A stretch of DNA of 64,000 nucleotides from an uncultured Chloroflexota bacterium. GTDB taxonomy: Bacteria; Chloroflexota; Limnocylindria; Limnocylindrales; Limnocylindraceae. The stretch's first letter is position 1. Every line of letters starts with the position of its first letter. This document shows positions 1 through 10,196 of this stretch, piece by piece. The position numbers and the translations under genes were made by a program. The notes beneath the pieces are model-generated. The model did no database searches and was not told the DNA's origin. It saw only the letters and a list, made by a program, of their open reading frames with translations. The stretch covers positions 26,587 through 90,586 of the forward strand of contig CAYSEM010000001.1 of NCBI GenBank assembly GCA_964430115.1. The letters are read 5' to 3'.

Positions 1-648
1 AAGGGAGATCAGCGCCTTGATGGCATCGTGACCAAACTCGATCGCCTCGGCCATTTTCGCTTCGTTGATCAGATTTGCACCAGCCTCGACCATCATGATT
101 GCGTCGGCTGTGCCGGAGACTACAAGGTCAAGATCGCTCGTCTCAAGCTGTTCAAAGGTTGGGTTCAAGATGAACTTGTCGTCGACAAGGCCAACGCGAA
201 CGGCACCAATTGGCCCAAGGAATGGAATCTCCGAGATCGTGAGCGCCGCTGATGCAGCAATCGTTCCGAGGATGTCCGGATCGTTCTCCTGATCCGCGCT
301 CAGTACCGTGATGACCACCTGGACGTCGTCCTTGTACCCCTCAGGGAAGAGTGGTCGAATCGGTCGGTCGGTAAGTCGAGCAGAGAGCGTTGCGTTCTCT
401 GAAGCCTTCCCTTCGCGCTTGATGTAGCCGCCTGGGATCTTCCCCGCCGCATACATGCGCTCTTCAAATTCAATCGTGAGTGGGAAGAAGTCGAGGCCCG
501 GCCGTGGGTCGCTTCGATTTGCGGTGCCAAGGACGACCGTGTCGCCGTAGCGAACCGTCACGGCTCCGCCTGCAAGGCGAGCCATTCGTCCCGTCTCAAT
601 GGTGAGTGTCTGCCCGCCAAACTCGGCGGATACGGTTGTGATTTCCAT
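1..648 (-). CDS. pnp: polynucleotide phosphorylase (PNPase), N-terminal part; gene continues beyond window start
   Basis: I translated the - strand from ATG at 648-646: [43 protein letters not shown]...[28 protein letters not shown]... This matches the PNPase RNase-PH domain 1. It lies downstream of rpsO as in the conserved rpsO-pnp pair. The six-frame track has no entry because the ORF is open at the window edge. Confidence 0.9.
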   Translation of the reverse strand, partial: MEITTVSAEFGGQTLTIETGRMARLAGGAVTVRYGDTVVLGTANRSDPRPGLDFFPLTIEFEERMYAAGKIPGGYIKREGKASENATLSARLTDRPIRPLFPEGYKDDVQVVITVLSADQENDPDILGTIAASAALTISEIPFLGPIGAVRVGLVDDKFILNPTFEQLETSDLDLVVSGTADAIMMVEAGANLINEAKMAEAIEFGHDAIKALISL

Positions 649-696
649 GTTGCTCCTCTTCAGGCCGCGCCCACATGGCGCCCGGCCGATCTAGTT

Positions 697-713
697 GCTC
701 AGCGGTGCTGAGC
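697..713 (-). promoter_or_regulatory. stem-loop (GCUCAGC-acc-GCUGAGC) 5 nt after the rpsO stop in the rpsO-pnp spacer; candidate processing site or partial terminator in the pnp leader
   Basis: Perfect 7-bp inverted repeat read directly from the sequence. No U-tract follows, and an RBS (GAGGAG) plus the pnp ATG lie about 45 nt downstream. This is by analogy with the RNase III-processed pnp leader known in other bacteria. Confidence 0.3.
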
Positions 714-718
714 GGGGG

Positions 719-988
719 TTAGCGACGAAGGCCGAGCTTCTCGGTGAGTGCGGCGTGTCGGGCCACATCCTCGCGTCGTAGGAAAGTCAGCAGGCGACGT
801 CGCTGGCCGACGAGCTTCAAGAGCCCACGGCGCGAGTGATTGTCCTGCTTGAATGTCTGAAGGTGCCCAGTGAGCCCCTCAATGCGCTCCGTGAGGAGTG
901 CGATTTGGACCTCGGCAGAGCCAGTGTCCTGAGCGTGTCGCCCGTTTGCAGCGACGATTCGCTCCGTCGTTGTCTTATCTAGTGGCAA
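719..988 (-). CDS. rpsO: 30S ribosomal protein S15
   Basis: 89 aa, [43 protein letters not shown]... is typical S15. It uses a TTG start preceded by an AGGAGAGAG Shine-Dalgarno, with no in-frame ATG upstream. Confidence 0.93.
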   Translation of the reverse strand: MPLDKTTTERIVAANGRHAQDTGSAEVQIALLTERIEGLTGHLQTFKQDNHSRRGLLKLVGQRRRLLTFLRREDVARHAALTEKLGLRR

Positions 989-1065
989 GGTCTCTCTCCT
1001 GTCTGGGGGGCTCCAAGGCCCACCCCATCTTAATTCACATCTCTTGGATTCATGGAGCGTAGCAA

Positions 1066-1941
1066 TCAGCGCCCGCTCCGTCCAGCGAGCCGCCTCAGAA
1101 GGGCTGCGCGCAGCCGAGTGACCCCCTCAGGAAGTCGCTCGGTGGCAGTGCGGTCAAGGCTGAGGGTCCGCTCCGCAGGGTCAAAGCGAGCGCGGGCTAC
1201 CCGCCCTGTGAGGGGGAGGCGACCCGAGCGGTTGGCTGCCACGCCGATCCGGATCTCGTACTCCCCTGCTGGCGGGAGGGCGAATCCCTCCCCTTCAACT
1301 TGCAGATCGAGGCTGCCTGGGGTGCGCCGTGCCGTAATCGCATGCGGTCGGCCGAGTGCGCGGGCGGCCCTGGAGAGTTCCCCGGCCGCGATCGCTGCAC
1401 GAATCGCCGTGCTCCGAATTGGGGCCCCCTCTGCACGCGCCTCCGCAACCGGGTGCACCTGAATCCCCCGAATCGCCCCCCAGGAGCGAATCCTGTCGAG
1501 ACGACCCTCCCTACCGCGCCCAAGCGCACTCTCTGGCGAGAGCACAATGCTGCGTGCCCCCGTTGCAGCGACCAGGCGAGCTAGGAAGGGCTCCCACTCT
1601 GTGTCGCGCATCTCTGCGTCAAACGGGAGGTCGCACCACCGCTCAACACCTGCGGAAGCGAATCGCATCTCAAACTCGATGGGATCAAGGAGCCGGAGTG
1701 GCGCAACACCGCGAAGGAGAAGATCAGGGTGTGGGTCGAATCCGATGTGGATTCGATGAAGCCCTGCGGACGCGGCGAGGCGTTCAGCAGCGGCCAGGAT
1801 TCGTTGATGCCCCCGATGCAGGCCATCAAAGATTCCAACGGTGAGAACAGCGCCATCCTCTCGCGCACCCGCGAGTGACACGCCTTCAAGCTCTTCCCAT
1901 CCAAGGAGGGGCGCTCCACTCGCAGCCTGGTTTGGACTCAC
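1066..1941 (-). CDS. ribF: FAD synthetase / riboflavin kinase family protein (RibF); the N-terminal FMN adenylyltransferase module is intact and the C-terminal kinase module looks divergent
   Basis: 291 aa with a [11 protein letters not shown] nucleotidyltransferase motif near the N-terminus. It sits between truB and rpsO as usual. Confidence 0.85.
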   Translation of the reverse strand: MSPNQAASGAPLLGWEELEGVSLAGAREDGAVLTVGIFDGLHRGHQRILAAAERLAASAGLHRIHIGFDPHPDLLLRGVAPLRLLDPIEFEMRFASAGVERWCDLPFDAEMRDTEWEPFLARLVAATGARSIVLSPESALGRGREGRLDRIRSWGAIRGIQVHPVAEARAEGAPIRSTAIRAAIAAGELSRAARALGRPHAITARRTPGSLDLQVEGEGFALPPAGEYEIRIGVAANRSGRLPLTGRVARARFDPAERTLSLDRTATERLPEGVTRLRAALLRRLAGRSGR

Positions 1942-2918
1942 CCTGCCTCCACCGGATGCCGTCTCCCTGGTGGCGTTGCATTTGGGGTGATGAAGACGCG
2001 TTCTGGCTGCACACCAGCGTCCGTGCGCCGCCCAAGAGCGGCCAGTCGGTCCGCAACCATCAGGCGAACCTGCTCACCTGTTTGGATGCTCTCTACAGCG
2101 GTCCCACACAGTTGCGCCGAGATCGCAGCGCCGTCGCGCAAGAGAAGCGTCGCCTCTTCGTTCAGATCAACGCGTGGAATGGTTTCGATGCCTGCGTCGA
2201 GTGGCAAGAGCAACTCAGAGAGTCGTCCCGCAAGCGCCGCCTCAGCGATGGCAGACATTGAGTGTGCCTGCGCAACGTTGAACGGACCAGAACCGATCCG
2301 CCGCAGTGCAACCAGGTGAGCGCCACTCCCCACTGCCGCGCCAAGATCACGGGCGATCGCGCGAATATACGTCCCTGAGCTGACATCCAGCTGAGCACCC
2401 ATCAGCGGTTCTTCTGGGTGACTCTCGTCCCATGACGTCACCTCGAAACGTGTGATCTCAACGGTGCGGGGGGCAAGGTTGACCACCTCTCCCGCGCGTG
2501 CGCGTTCGTAGGCACGCACGCCATCAGTGCGCTTCGCGGAGTGACTCGGAGGAACCTGTTCAAGCGCGCCGCGAAAGCGTGGGAGGAGCTCTTCAACCTG
2601 ATCACGCGTCGCTCGTGTCGTAGCGCCTCTAATCAGTTCGCCGTCAAGGTCGTCGGTCGTGGTTGCACCGCCGAATGAGAATGTTGCCTCGTAGCGTTTC
2701 ACACCTCCCTGATGCAGGGCGGCAAGGCGCGTTGCGCGTCCAAGGACGAGCACCAGAAGGCCGGTAGCAAACGGATCAAGTGTGCCGCCATGCCCAATCC
2801 GCGGCTGACCTGCAATGCGACGCACCTTCGCCACCACATCGTGGCTCGTTGGGCCATTCGCCTTGTCAACGAGAAGAATGCCGTCAATGCCAGGGGTACT
2901 TGGACGTCGACGTGCCAT
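1938..2918 (-). CDS. truB: tRNA pseudouridine(55) synthase TruB
   Basis: 326 aa with ILLVDKANGPTSHDVVAKVRRI...GHGGTLDPFATGLLVLVLGRATRL, carrying the catalytic Asp motif. It overlaps ribF by 4 nt. Confidence 0.93.
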   Translation of the reverse strand: MARRRPSTPGIDGILLVDKANGPTSHDVVAKVRRIAGQPRIGHGGTLDPFATGLLVLVLGRATRLAALHQGGVKRYEATFSFGGATTTDDLDGELIRGATTRATRDQVEELLPRFRGALEQVPPSHSAKRTDGVRAYERARAGEVVNLAPRTVEITRFEVTSWDESHPEEPLMGAQLDVSSGTYIRAIARDLGAAVGSGAHLVALRRIGSGPFNVAQAHSMSAIAEAALAGRLSELLLPLDAGIETIPRVDLNEEATLLLRDGAAISAQLCGTAVESIQTGEQVRLMVADRLAALGRRTDAGVQPERVFITPNATPPGRRHPVEAG

Positions 2919-2920
2919 TG

Positions 2921-3964
2921 CTAAGACTCGGTACCACGCCCCGAACGAAGTGAGGTGACAGCGCGAAGTACGGCTGCGACTGCATCATCAAGTGGGGCCG
3001 CAATACTCGCGCCTGCCGCGCGCGCATGCCCGCCACCTCCAAAGAGTGCGGCGATCTTGGTCGCATCGAAACCCTGCTCCTTCGTTCTGATCGAAAGGCG
3101 CGTCGCGTCAGTCCCCTCTTCCTTGAAGAAGAGTGCAACATCCGCCTCGTTGATCTGTGCGAGCGTGTCAACGATCCCTTCAGTCTCCTCTGGCTGTGCG
3201 TTGGTCTGCTGCAGGTCTGAGTTCAAGACAGCGGCCCAAACGGTTAGTCCGTCATCTGACGTTTCAATGCGATCCAGCACGCGCGCGTGGAGACGCACCT
3301 GTGTCGCCGGTTTCGACCGATAAAGGCGCCGGGAGATCTCACTGATGGGAGCACCAGCCTCAAGGAGGAGGCCCGCCACCTGCAGTGTCCGAGGGGTCGT
3401 GTTGCTGTGCTGGAAAGTTGCGGTGTCCATGATGATCCCTGCGGCGAGAGTGGCGGCGAGCCGACCCTCTTCGGCAGCGAGATCAGATCCAAGCGCAACG
3501 GCAATCAGCGTGATCATCTCGCATGTCGCTGCAGCCGTTGGGTCAATCCACTGCAGCGGTGAGGTGCTGCTGTTCGAGACGTGGTGGTCAATCGTCGCTC
3601 TGGTCACACTGCTTGGCAGGGCCTCCATCAGCGCACCAGCACGTCCGGCGCGACGCGCCTCGCCACAGTCGACGAGGATCACTGCATCAGGAGTCCACTC
3701 AGGCGGCGAGGTAAGAACACGATCAATCGTTGGGATAACGTCATAGACCTTCGCCGGAGCGTCTGCACAGAAGACCGCAACCTCAACTCCTCGCTGCGTC
3801 AGAATTGACTGGAGCCCTAGCGCCGCTCCGAGCGCATCTGCGTCAGGTCGTTCATGTGGGATCACCCAGATCCGCTTTGTGGATTGCAGCAGTTGCAACA
3901 GTTCGGCTGGTACTGCTGCGCTCGCCTCCGCGTGAAGAGCCGATGTTCGGGTAAGCAGCGTCAT
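2921..3964 (-). CDS. DHH/DHHA1 family phosphoesterase (NrnA/CnpB-like; oligoribonuclease / pAp / c-di-AMP phosphodiesterase candidate)
   Basis: 347 aa with ...IWVIPHERPDADALGAALGL... and ...ATIDHHVSN... DHH motifs, and GGGHARAAG (DHHA1). Its position between rbfA and truB matches the Gram-positive/actinobacterial arrangement. Confidence 0.8.
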   Translation of the reverse strand: MTLLTRTSALHAEASAAVPAELLQLLQSTKRIWVIPHERPDADALGAALGLQSILTQRGVEVAVFCADAPAKVYDVIPTIDRVLTSPPEWTPDAVILVDCGEARRAGRAGALMEALPSSVTRATIDHHVSNSSTSPLQWIDPTAAATCEMITLIAVALGSDLAAEEGRLAATLAAGIIMDTATFQHSNTTPRTLQVAGLLLEAGAPISEISRRLYRSKPATQVRLHARVLDRIETSDDGLTVWAAVLNSDLQQTNAQPEETEGIVDTLAQINEADVALFFKEEGTDATRLSIRTKEQGFDATKIAALFGGGGHARAAGASIAAPLDDAVAAVLRAVTSLRSGRGTES

Positions 3965-4371
3965 AAGCCCTCCCCTGTCTGTCGAGGTGCGCTAGGGCTC
4001 GGGAGCGGAGCAAGATCATCGAGCGGATCATCGCCTCGTTCAATGCTACCGAGTAGTTGCTGGATTCGGCTGCCGCGCTCACCCGCGGCATCAAGTTCAA
4101 AGTGCAACGCTGGAACGCGCCGAATGCGGAGGCTTTTTGAGATGACCGTGCGCAAGTACGGCGTCGCGCTTCGCAGTGCCGCCAGAGAGGCCGCACGTTG
4201 CTCCTCCGTACCGATCGTGCTGATAAATACCTTCGCGTGGCGCAGATCGGGCGATGTCTCAACGCCAATGACCGTCACGAAGCCCAAACGCGGATCGCTT
4301 ATCGAACGAGAGATATGCGTGCTGATCTCTTCTCGGAGAAGTTCGTCAACGCGCGGCATTCGCTCCGTCAT
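3961..4371 (-). CDS. rbfA: ribosome-binding factor A
   Basis: 136 aa, MPRVDELLREEISTHISRSISDPRLGFVTVIGVETSPDLRHAKVFIS. It lies immediately downstream of infB. Confidence 0.92.
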   Translation of the reverse strand: MTERMPRVDELLREEISTHISRSISDPRLGFVTVIGVETSPDLRHAKVFISTIGTEEQRAASLAALRSATPYLRTVISKSLRIRRVPALHFELDAAGERGSRIQQLLGSIERGDDPLDDLAPLPSPSAPRQTGEGL

Positions 4372-6248
4372 TAGAGCGTCCTACGAGTCGACTGCTCCCC
4401 AACGATCTCCAAGATGTCGCCCTCTTGGATAGTGATCGTTGGCCCGAGGCCAATGCCACACTCTTGACCCTCTTTCACTTCGCGCACATCGTCGCGGAAT
4501 CTTCGGAGCGACTCCACAACATCTGTGGCAACAGTGGTCCCGCCACGCATGAGGCGAACCTTGGATCCACGCGTTACGCGCCCTTCGCGGACAACGCAAC
4601 CAGCAATCACGACGCCCTTACCCGGGAAGAGCTGCTTCACCTCTGCGCGACCTTCAACGACCTCCGACTTCTCAGGGTCGAGCATCCCCTCGATTGCCGC
4701 CTTCATGTCGTCGGCAAGTTCATAAATGATCTCGTAGAGCCTGACATCAACCTTTTCGGTATCCGCCATGCGGCGAGCTCCTGGGGTGAGCGTTGTGGTG
4801 AAGCCGAGGACAATTGCATCAGAGGCAGACGCGAGCAGGATGTCGTTTTCGGTGATCTCACCGGCGGCCGACATGAGCACATTGATGCGCACCTCGTCGC
4901 TCTGTAGCTTCTCCAACTGATGTTCAATGGCGCCGAGTGAGCCGGCTACATCTGACTTCAAGATGACGCGGACCTCTTTCCCGGCCCCTGACTGGATGCG
5001 CCGGTAGAGCTCTTCCATGGTCGCCCTACCGCCACCGTCGCGCGCAGCTGTCGCTTCGTTCTTGGCGGTCTCAGCGAGGTCGCGTGCCTCTCGCTCATCG
5101 GCGGCAACTCGGAAGATGTCCCCGCTCGAGGGGACTTCAGGGAGCCCAGAGATGACGACAGCGGTGGACGGACCGGATAGCTTCACGCGTGCGCCGTCCG
5201 TGGTCTCAAGAGCGCGGACCTTCCCAGAGATCGCCCCTGCAACAACGGCATCACCAACCCGAAGGGTCCCCGTTTGGACGATCACCGTTGCGATTGGGCC
5301 ACGCCCCTTATCGCGTTGCGCTTCGATAACCGTGCCAATTGCAGGTCGTGATGGATCCGCTTTGTAGTCGCCAAGGTCTGCGACGAGAAGGACCATGTCC
5401 AGCAAATCGTCGAGGCCGACCCCAGTCTTTGCGGAGACTGCAACGAGCGGAACATCACCGCCGTACGCCTCAACAAGCACATTTGCTTCAGCAAGATCGC
5501 TCTTCACTCGTTCTGGATTCGCGTCAGGCTTGTCCACCTTATTCATCGCGACGATGATCGGCACGTTTGCTGCGCGGGCGTGGCTGATCGCCTCTTTTGT
5601 CTGAGGCATCACCCCGTCATCCGCGGCCACCACAATAATGGCGATGTCTGTGACACGTGCTCCGCGGGCCCGCATCGCAGTGAATGCTTCGTGGCCGGGA
5701 GTGTCAAGGAAGAGAATGCTCCGATCCCCGCGCTTCACCAGGCTCGCGCCGAGGTGCTGCGTGATTCCGCCGCGCTCCCCCGCTGCCACGGCCGTCTTTC
5801 GAAGCGCGTCGAGGAGGCTCGTCTTCCCGTGGTCGACGTGCCCCATCACGGTAACGATCGGTGCCCGCGTCTCAAGGGCTGCGGTTGCCGACTCTTCAAA
5901 GAGGATCTGCTTGGTTGCCGCTGGCGGAGCCTCTGGTGCCTCTGTAGGCGCTTCTTCCACCTCTTCTGGCTCTGGCTCTGCCACGTTGAACCCGAGCTCC
6001 GTTGCAATCAGCGCGGCCGTCTCGCGATCAATCCCTTGGTTCATGGTGGCGAAGACCCCACTGCGGATTAGGGGGTTGATGATGTCGGCAGGGTTGACTC
6101 GGAGGATCTGTGCGAGTTCACCAACGGTCATTGACGGTGGCAGCACCAGAATTCCAGTCTCATGCACCTGCAGCGGCTTCGGTGGCCGCGGTTCAGGGTT
6201 CGCGCGGTCAGGTCGAACGGGTCGCACGCTCCTTCTCTGCTTTGTCAT
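4371..6248 (-). CDS. infB: translation initiation factor IF-2
   Basis: 625 aa with the G-domain motif [25 protein letters not shown] and NKVDK, and the C-terminal beta-barrel domains. This is the short IF-2 type without a long N-terminal extension. Confidence 0.95.
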   Translation of the reverse strand: MTKQRRSVRPVRPDRANPEPRPPKPLQVHETGILVLPPSMTVGELAQILRVNPADIINPLIRSGVFATMNQGIDRETAALIATELGFNVAEPEPEEVEEAPTEAPEAPPAATKQILFEESATAALETRAPIVTVMGHVDHGKTSLLDALRKTAVAAGERGGITQHLGASLVKRGDRSILFLDTPGHEAFTAMRARGARVTDIAIIVVAADDGVMPQTKEAISHARAANVPIIVAMNKVDKPDANPERVKSDLAEANVLVEAYGGDVPLVAVSAKTGVGLDDLLDMVLLVADLGDYKADPSRPAIGTVIEAQRDKGRGPIATVIVQTGTLRVGDAVVAGAISGKVRALETTDGARVKLSGPSTAVVISGLPEVPSSGDIFRVAADEREARDLAETAKNEATAARDGGGRATMEELYRRIQSGAGKEVRVILKSDVAGSLGAIEHQLEKLQSDEVRINVLMSAAGEITENDILLASASDAIVLGFTTTLTPGARRMADTEKVDVRLYEIIYELADDMKAAIEGMLDPEKSEVVEGRAEVKQLFPGKGVVIAGCVVREGRVTRGSKVRLMRGGTTVATDVVESLRRFRDDVREVKEGQECGIGLGPTITIQEGDILEIVGEQSTRRTL

Positions 6249-6505
6249 GCTCCCCTCCTTTCGCTCGTTGTCTCTATCCAGGCGCGACGCGCCTGATCGA
6301 GCACATCAGCCTCTTCATCGCTTACCGGGCCACGCAGGCCCTGACGGATCCCAGCGTGAAGGCCAGCCTCATGCGCGCCACTACAGATCCACACTCCGCG
6401 TCCGCCACGCTCTCCAGTACGCAGCGCACCGTCTCCGTCCCGACTTATTCGCAGCAACTCTTGCGTGGCAAAGCGCCGCCTGCAAAGCACACACGTGCGC
6501 TCCAC
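6245..6505 (-). CDS. YlxR/DUF448 family RNA-binding protein (nusA-infB operon)
   Basis: 86 aa, [48 protein letters not shown]. The RTCVxCR...GRGAY.C pattern and its position between nusA and infB fit YlxR. Confidence 0.8.
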   Translation of the reverse strand: MERTCVLCRRRFATQELLRISRDGDGALRTGERGGRGVWICSGAHEAGLHAGIRQGLRGPVSDEEADVLDQARRAWIETTSERRGA

Positions 6506-6519
6506 CGCTCTGCGCGTAC

Positions 6520-7605
6520 CTATGCCTCACCCTCTACCGCTACCGCATCAGCGCCTTCCGGAGCAACCACCGCTGGGCTGCCGGTTCCGTCACTTGCGAT
6601 ATCAATGCGGTAGCCAGTTAGGCGCGCAGCGAGTCGGGCGTTCTGCCCTTCGCGGCCGATCGCCAGTGAGAGCGCGTGCTCTGGAACGGTGACGACGGCA
6701 GATTTTGCGTTCTCATCAACTACTACGGAGACCACGGGAGCTGGTGAGAGCGCCCGGCCGATCATCTCTGCGGGATCATCGGTGAAAGCAATGATGTCAA
6801 TCTTTTCTCCACCGAGCTCTTCAACCACGGCCTGGACGCGTGCACCGCGCTGGCCAACGACGGTGCCAACTGGGTCAAGCCCCACCTGGTGAGCGTTCAC
6901 GATGACCTTTGCGCGGTGACCAGCTTCACGTGCAATTGAGGTGATCTCAACCAGGCCCGAGCCGAGTTCCGGAACTTCAAGCTCAAAGAGCTTCTTTACG
7001 AAATTCTTATGCGATCGCGTGAGCAGGATCTCGGGTCCGCGCACGGTGGTGCGAACCTCAAGAAGCAGCGCCTTCACGTTCTCTCCAATACGGAACGTGT
7101 CGAGCGGCGACAGCTCCGTGGATGGGAGGTACGCTTCCGCGCGCCCAACATCGAGGACGAGGTTCCTGCGGTCCACGCGCATGACAACGCCAGTGAGGAT
7201 CTCCCCTTCGCGTTCGGCGAATGATCGCATCACCTGTTCACGTTGGATCTGGACGAGTCGCGCCTGCAGGGTCTGTCGAGCCTGTGCGGCCACAATTCGC
7301 CCCATATCTGGACTCATCTCTTCAGTTTCAATGAGCGCGCCAAGCGCGGCCTCTGGATGGGCCGCCTGCGCCTCTTCGAGCGTCCATTCAGCCCCAGGCG
7401 TGAGAACCTCCTCAACCACACGGCGGGCACGGAAGACGCGCATCGAACCCGTCTCTGGGTCGAGCCGGACGTGGATATCTGCCGCACCGTGTCGGCGATT
7501 CAGGGCCGCGGCATAAGACTCTTCTGCCGCCTGCAAAACGCTCTCGCGATCAATTCCGCGCTCAGCACCCAATTGTACGAGGGCGCCAACAAGCTCCTTG
7601 CTCAT
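6520..7605 (-). CDS. nusA: transcription termination/antitermination factor NusA
   Basis: The six-frame ORF starts at 7662, but homology begins at [31 protein letters not shown] (ATG 7605-7603). A GGGAGG Shine-Dalgarno lies 7 nt upstream. S1 and KH region motifs are present. Confidence 0.93.
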   Translation of the reverse strand: MSKELVGALVQLGAERGIDRESVLQAAEESYAAALNRRHGAADIHVRLDPETGSMRVFRARRVVEEVLTPGAEWTLEEAQAAHPEAALGALIETEEMSPDMGRIVAAQARQTLQARLVQIQREQVMRSFAEREGEILTGVVMRVDRRNLVLDVGRAEAYLPSTELSPLDTFRIGENVKALLLEVRTTVRGPEILLTRSHKNFVKKLFELEVPELGSGLVEITSIAREAGHRAKVIVNAHQVGLDPVGTVVGQRGARVQAVVEELGGEKIDIIAFTDDPAEMIGRALSPAPVVSVVVDENAKSAVVTVPEHALSLAIGREGQNARLAARLTGYRIDIASDGTGSPAVVAPEGADAVAVEGEA

Positions 7606-7637
7606 TTCTGCCTCCCTTCTCGCTTGGCAGCCCCGAT

Positions 7638-7665
7638 AAAAAAAGACGCGGGGGTCACCCACGTC
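7638..7665 (-). terminator. intrinsic-terminator-like hairpin (GACGUGGG-UGAC-CCCGCGUC) followed by U7, 32 nt upstream of the nusA ATG; candidate leader attenuator
   Basis: Read on the - strand: 5'-GACGTGGGTGACCCCCGCGTCTTTTTTT-3', an 8-bp GC-rich stem with one G.U pair and a 4-5 nt loop, then 7 T. It lies in the 176-nt ispG-nusA spacer, and the nusA Shine-Dalgarno sits between the U-tract and the ATG. Confidence 0.6.
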
Positions 7666-7780
7666 TCTCGTCCGGCGGCCGTTATTGAGGGGATCATAGC
7701 ACGCCTCCAGCGAGGCTCAAACCGTGCCATCGGCCACGAGGCGGGCTCCCAGCCCCCGTGCGGGGCGTATCGCGGGGTGC

Positions 7781-9052
7781 CTAGCGGCTCGGATAGTGCT
7801 CGGCGACGTAGCGGTCGAGGATCTCGGTGAACTCCGCGACGATCCGATCGCCTCGCAGCGTGGTCAGCAGCGCACCATCCTTGAAGACGGGGGCAACTGG
7901 CTCCTCAAAGGTTCCTGGCAGACTGATTCCCAGATTGGCATGTTTGGACTCCCCTGGTCCGTTAACCACACACCCCATGACCGCCACCTCCATCGCCTCA
8001 ACGCCAGGGTGGCGATCGCGCCAAACTGGCATCTGCGACTTCAGATAGTTCTGGATCTGCTGGGCCATCTCTTGGAAGAAGACACTCGTAGTCCGCCCGC
8101 ACCCAGGGCAAGAGGTCACCTGCGGTGAGAAGGCACGAAGTCCGAGCGACTGCAGGAGTTGCTGAGCCACCTCAACCTCGAGGGCTCGATCCCCTCCAGG
8201 CTCTGGAGTGAGCGAGACGCGAATGGTGTCCCCAATCCCTTCGTTAAGGAGGATCGCCAACGCAGACGAGGTGGCAACAATCCCCTTCATCCCCATCCCC
8301 GCTTCAGTGAGGCCGAGGTGGAGGGCATAATCGCACCGCGAGGCAAGCTCTCGATACACGTCAATCAGGTCACGAACGTTCGAAGTCTTTGCCGAGAGCA
8401 GGATGCGGTCGTGTGGCACCCCCGTCTCTTCTGCGAGTTCCGCGGACTGGAGCGCACTTCGAACGATGGCCTCAATCGTCACGGCACGTGCACTCTCTGG
8501 CGCACTAGATTTTGCGTTCTCTTCCATCAACTGAGTGAGCAGATCTTGGTCGAGTGAGCCCCAATTCACACCGATTCGGACAGGCTTCGCATGTTCATTA
8601 GCAATCTTGACGATGGTTTGGAAGTTCTCATCGCGACGCTTGGTGCCAACATTGCCTGGATTGATTCGATACTTTGCGAGTGCAGCAGCGGTTGCTGGAT
8701 AGGCGGCCAAGAGCTTGTGGCCGTTGTAGTGGAAATCACCAACAATTGGCACGGTCACTCCCTCGTCGGCAAGCCTGCGCACGATCTCAGGAACTGCCGC
8801 TGCTGCCTCCTCGTTATTCACGGTGACTCGGACGATTTGACTGCCCGCACCCGCGAGGTGCGCAACCTGCGACGCCGTTGCAACCACGTCCGCAGTATCC
8901 GTATTTGTCATTGACTGCACCACGATCGGATGTGCAGAACCAACAAGAACGCCACCCACACTCACTGACGGTGTTGAGCGACGCGTTGGACGCAGCAAAT
9001 CAGGCCGATCAGCAGCTGGGCGTGGGACCACAGGGAGGTTGCGACTCATCAC
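7781..9052 (-). CDS. ispG: 4-hydroxy-3-methylbut-2-en-1-yl diphosphate synthase (IspG/GcpE)
   Basis: 423 aa with ...[24 protein letters not shown]...[14 protein letters not shown]..., and C-terminal Cys residues for the [4Fe-4S] cluster (CPGCGRT). Confidence 0.93.
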   Translation of the reverse strand: MMSRNLPVVPRPAADRPDLLRPTRRSTPSVSVGGVLVGSAHPIVVQSMTNTDTADVVATASQVAHLAGAGSQIVRVTVNNEEAAAAVPEIVRRLADEGVTVPIVGDFHYNGHKLLAAYPATAAALAKYRINPGNVGTKRRDENFQTIVKIANEHAKPVRIGVNWGSLDQDLLTQLMEENAKSSAPESARAVTIEAIVRSALQSAELAEETGVPHDRILLSAKTSNVRDLIDVYRELASRCDYALHLGLTEAGMGMKGIVATSSALAILLNEGIGDTIRVSLTPEPGGDRALEVEVAQQLLQSLGLRAFSPQVTSCPGCGRTTSVFFQEMAQQIQNYLKSQMPVWRDRHPGVEAMEVAVMGCVVNGPGESKHANLGISLPGTFEEPVAPVFKDGALLTTLRGDRIVAEFTEILDRYVAEHYPSR

Positions 9053-10143
9053 GCACCTCCGCCAAAGACCGTTGCGAGGTCGCCGAGCGTGATCCAGAAG
9101 AAGAGGAGGAGCATTGCGAGCGCTCCCGTCGTGACAAGTGCCTGCTCGACCTTTCTTCCGCGCTCTCCGCCAAGCGCGCGACGAAGGAGGAGTGCGGCAA
9201 CTCGACCGCCGTCGAGCGGTGGGATGGGCAACAAGTTCAGGATTGCGAGATTCGCAGAGAGGAGGGCAGCAATCTGAAGCAACCCGCTGAATCCGAGTCG
9301 CTCAGCTGCTCCGGCAACACCAACAGCAATCCCAACCGGTCCCGAGAGTGCTGGGCCGTCTTCGGCACTGCGAAATGGTGCACTAAAGAGATCGGCGAGT
9401 CCGCCGATGATTGCCCCCCCTGCTTCGAGGGTTCGTTCTGCGGCGAGGCGAACCACATCGGTCACTGGTCGTTCAAGTGGACCCGCCGGGAGAAGGTCAG
9501 CGATACTGATCCCGAGTACCCCCTGACCGGCCGCCTCCTCAAGGGTGCGCAACCGAAGCGTGATCTCGCGGGGGACGCTGGCGCTGCTCAGGACCGTAAG
9601 CTGCACATCGGTCCCCGCCGCCTCGCGCAGTCCTATGAGCGGGGTTTCGAAGCGATCAAACGGAACGCCATTGAGTGAGGAGATGCGTTCCCCAGGCAAG
9701 ATCCCAGCGTTCGCGGCAGGCGATCCGGGCTGTACATCGGCTAGCAGGAGCTCTCCTCGCTCGGCAAGTGGGCCCGCGAGTACGAACATCAGTGCAAACG
9801 CCACAAGAAGATTGACGACGACGCCCGCAAGCATGACAAGCACTTTTGACGTGAGTGAGGCGCGCTCCCAACCGTCAGGTTCGCTGCTCCCTTCGGTGGC
9901 ACCTGCCATGCGCACAAAGCCACCGAACGGGAGTGCGTTCAGGGTGAGAAGGGTGCGGGCGCCGCGATGCAGCAACGCAACTCGCGGAGGAAAGCCGATA
10001 CCAAACTCCTCGACGGCGATCCCCCTTCGACGAGCCACAATGAAATGCCCTAGCTCGTGGACCACGATCAACGGGACGACCAGAAGGAGGAGGACGAGAA
10101 AGGGTCCTAGGACTCCGCCCACGAGAGCAAGCAGCTCAGTCAT
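9049..10143 (-). CDS. rseP: RIP metalloprotease RseP (site-2 protease, M50 family with PDZ domain)
   Basis: 364 aa with an [13 protein letters not shown] zinc motif in TM1, a PDZ-like central region and a C-terminal LDGGR motif. Confidence 0.88.
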   Translation of the reverse strand: MTELLALVGGVLGPFLVLLLLVVPLIVVHELGHFIVARRRGIAVEEFGIGFPPRVALLHRGARTLLTLNALPFGGFVRMAGATEGSSEPDGWERASLTSKVLVMLAGVVVNLLVAFALMFVLAGPLAERGELLLADVQPGSPAANAGILPGERISSLNGVPFDRFETPLIGLREAAGTDVQLTVLSSASVPREITLRLRTLEEAAGQGVLGISIADLLPAGPLERPVTDVVRLAAERTLEAGGAIIGGLADLFSAPFRSAEDGPALSGPVGIAVGVAGAAERLGFSGLLQIAALLSANLAILNLLPIPPLDGGRVAALLLRRALGGERGRKVEQALVTTGALAMLLLFFWITLGDLATVFGGGA

Positions 10144-10196
10144 ACGTTCAGATTACGCCCGCTGCGCTTCGGTTGCTCGGGGCGGCCAGAACCCGA

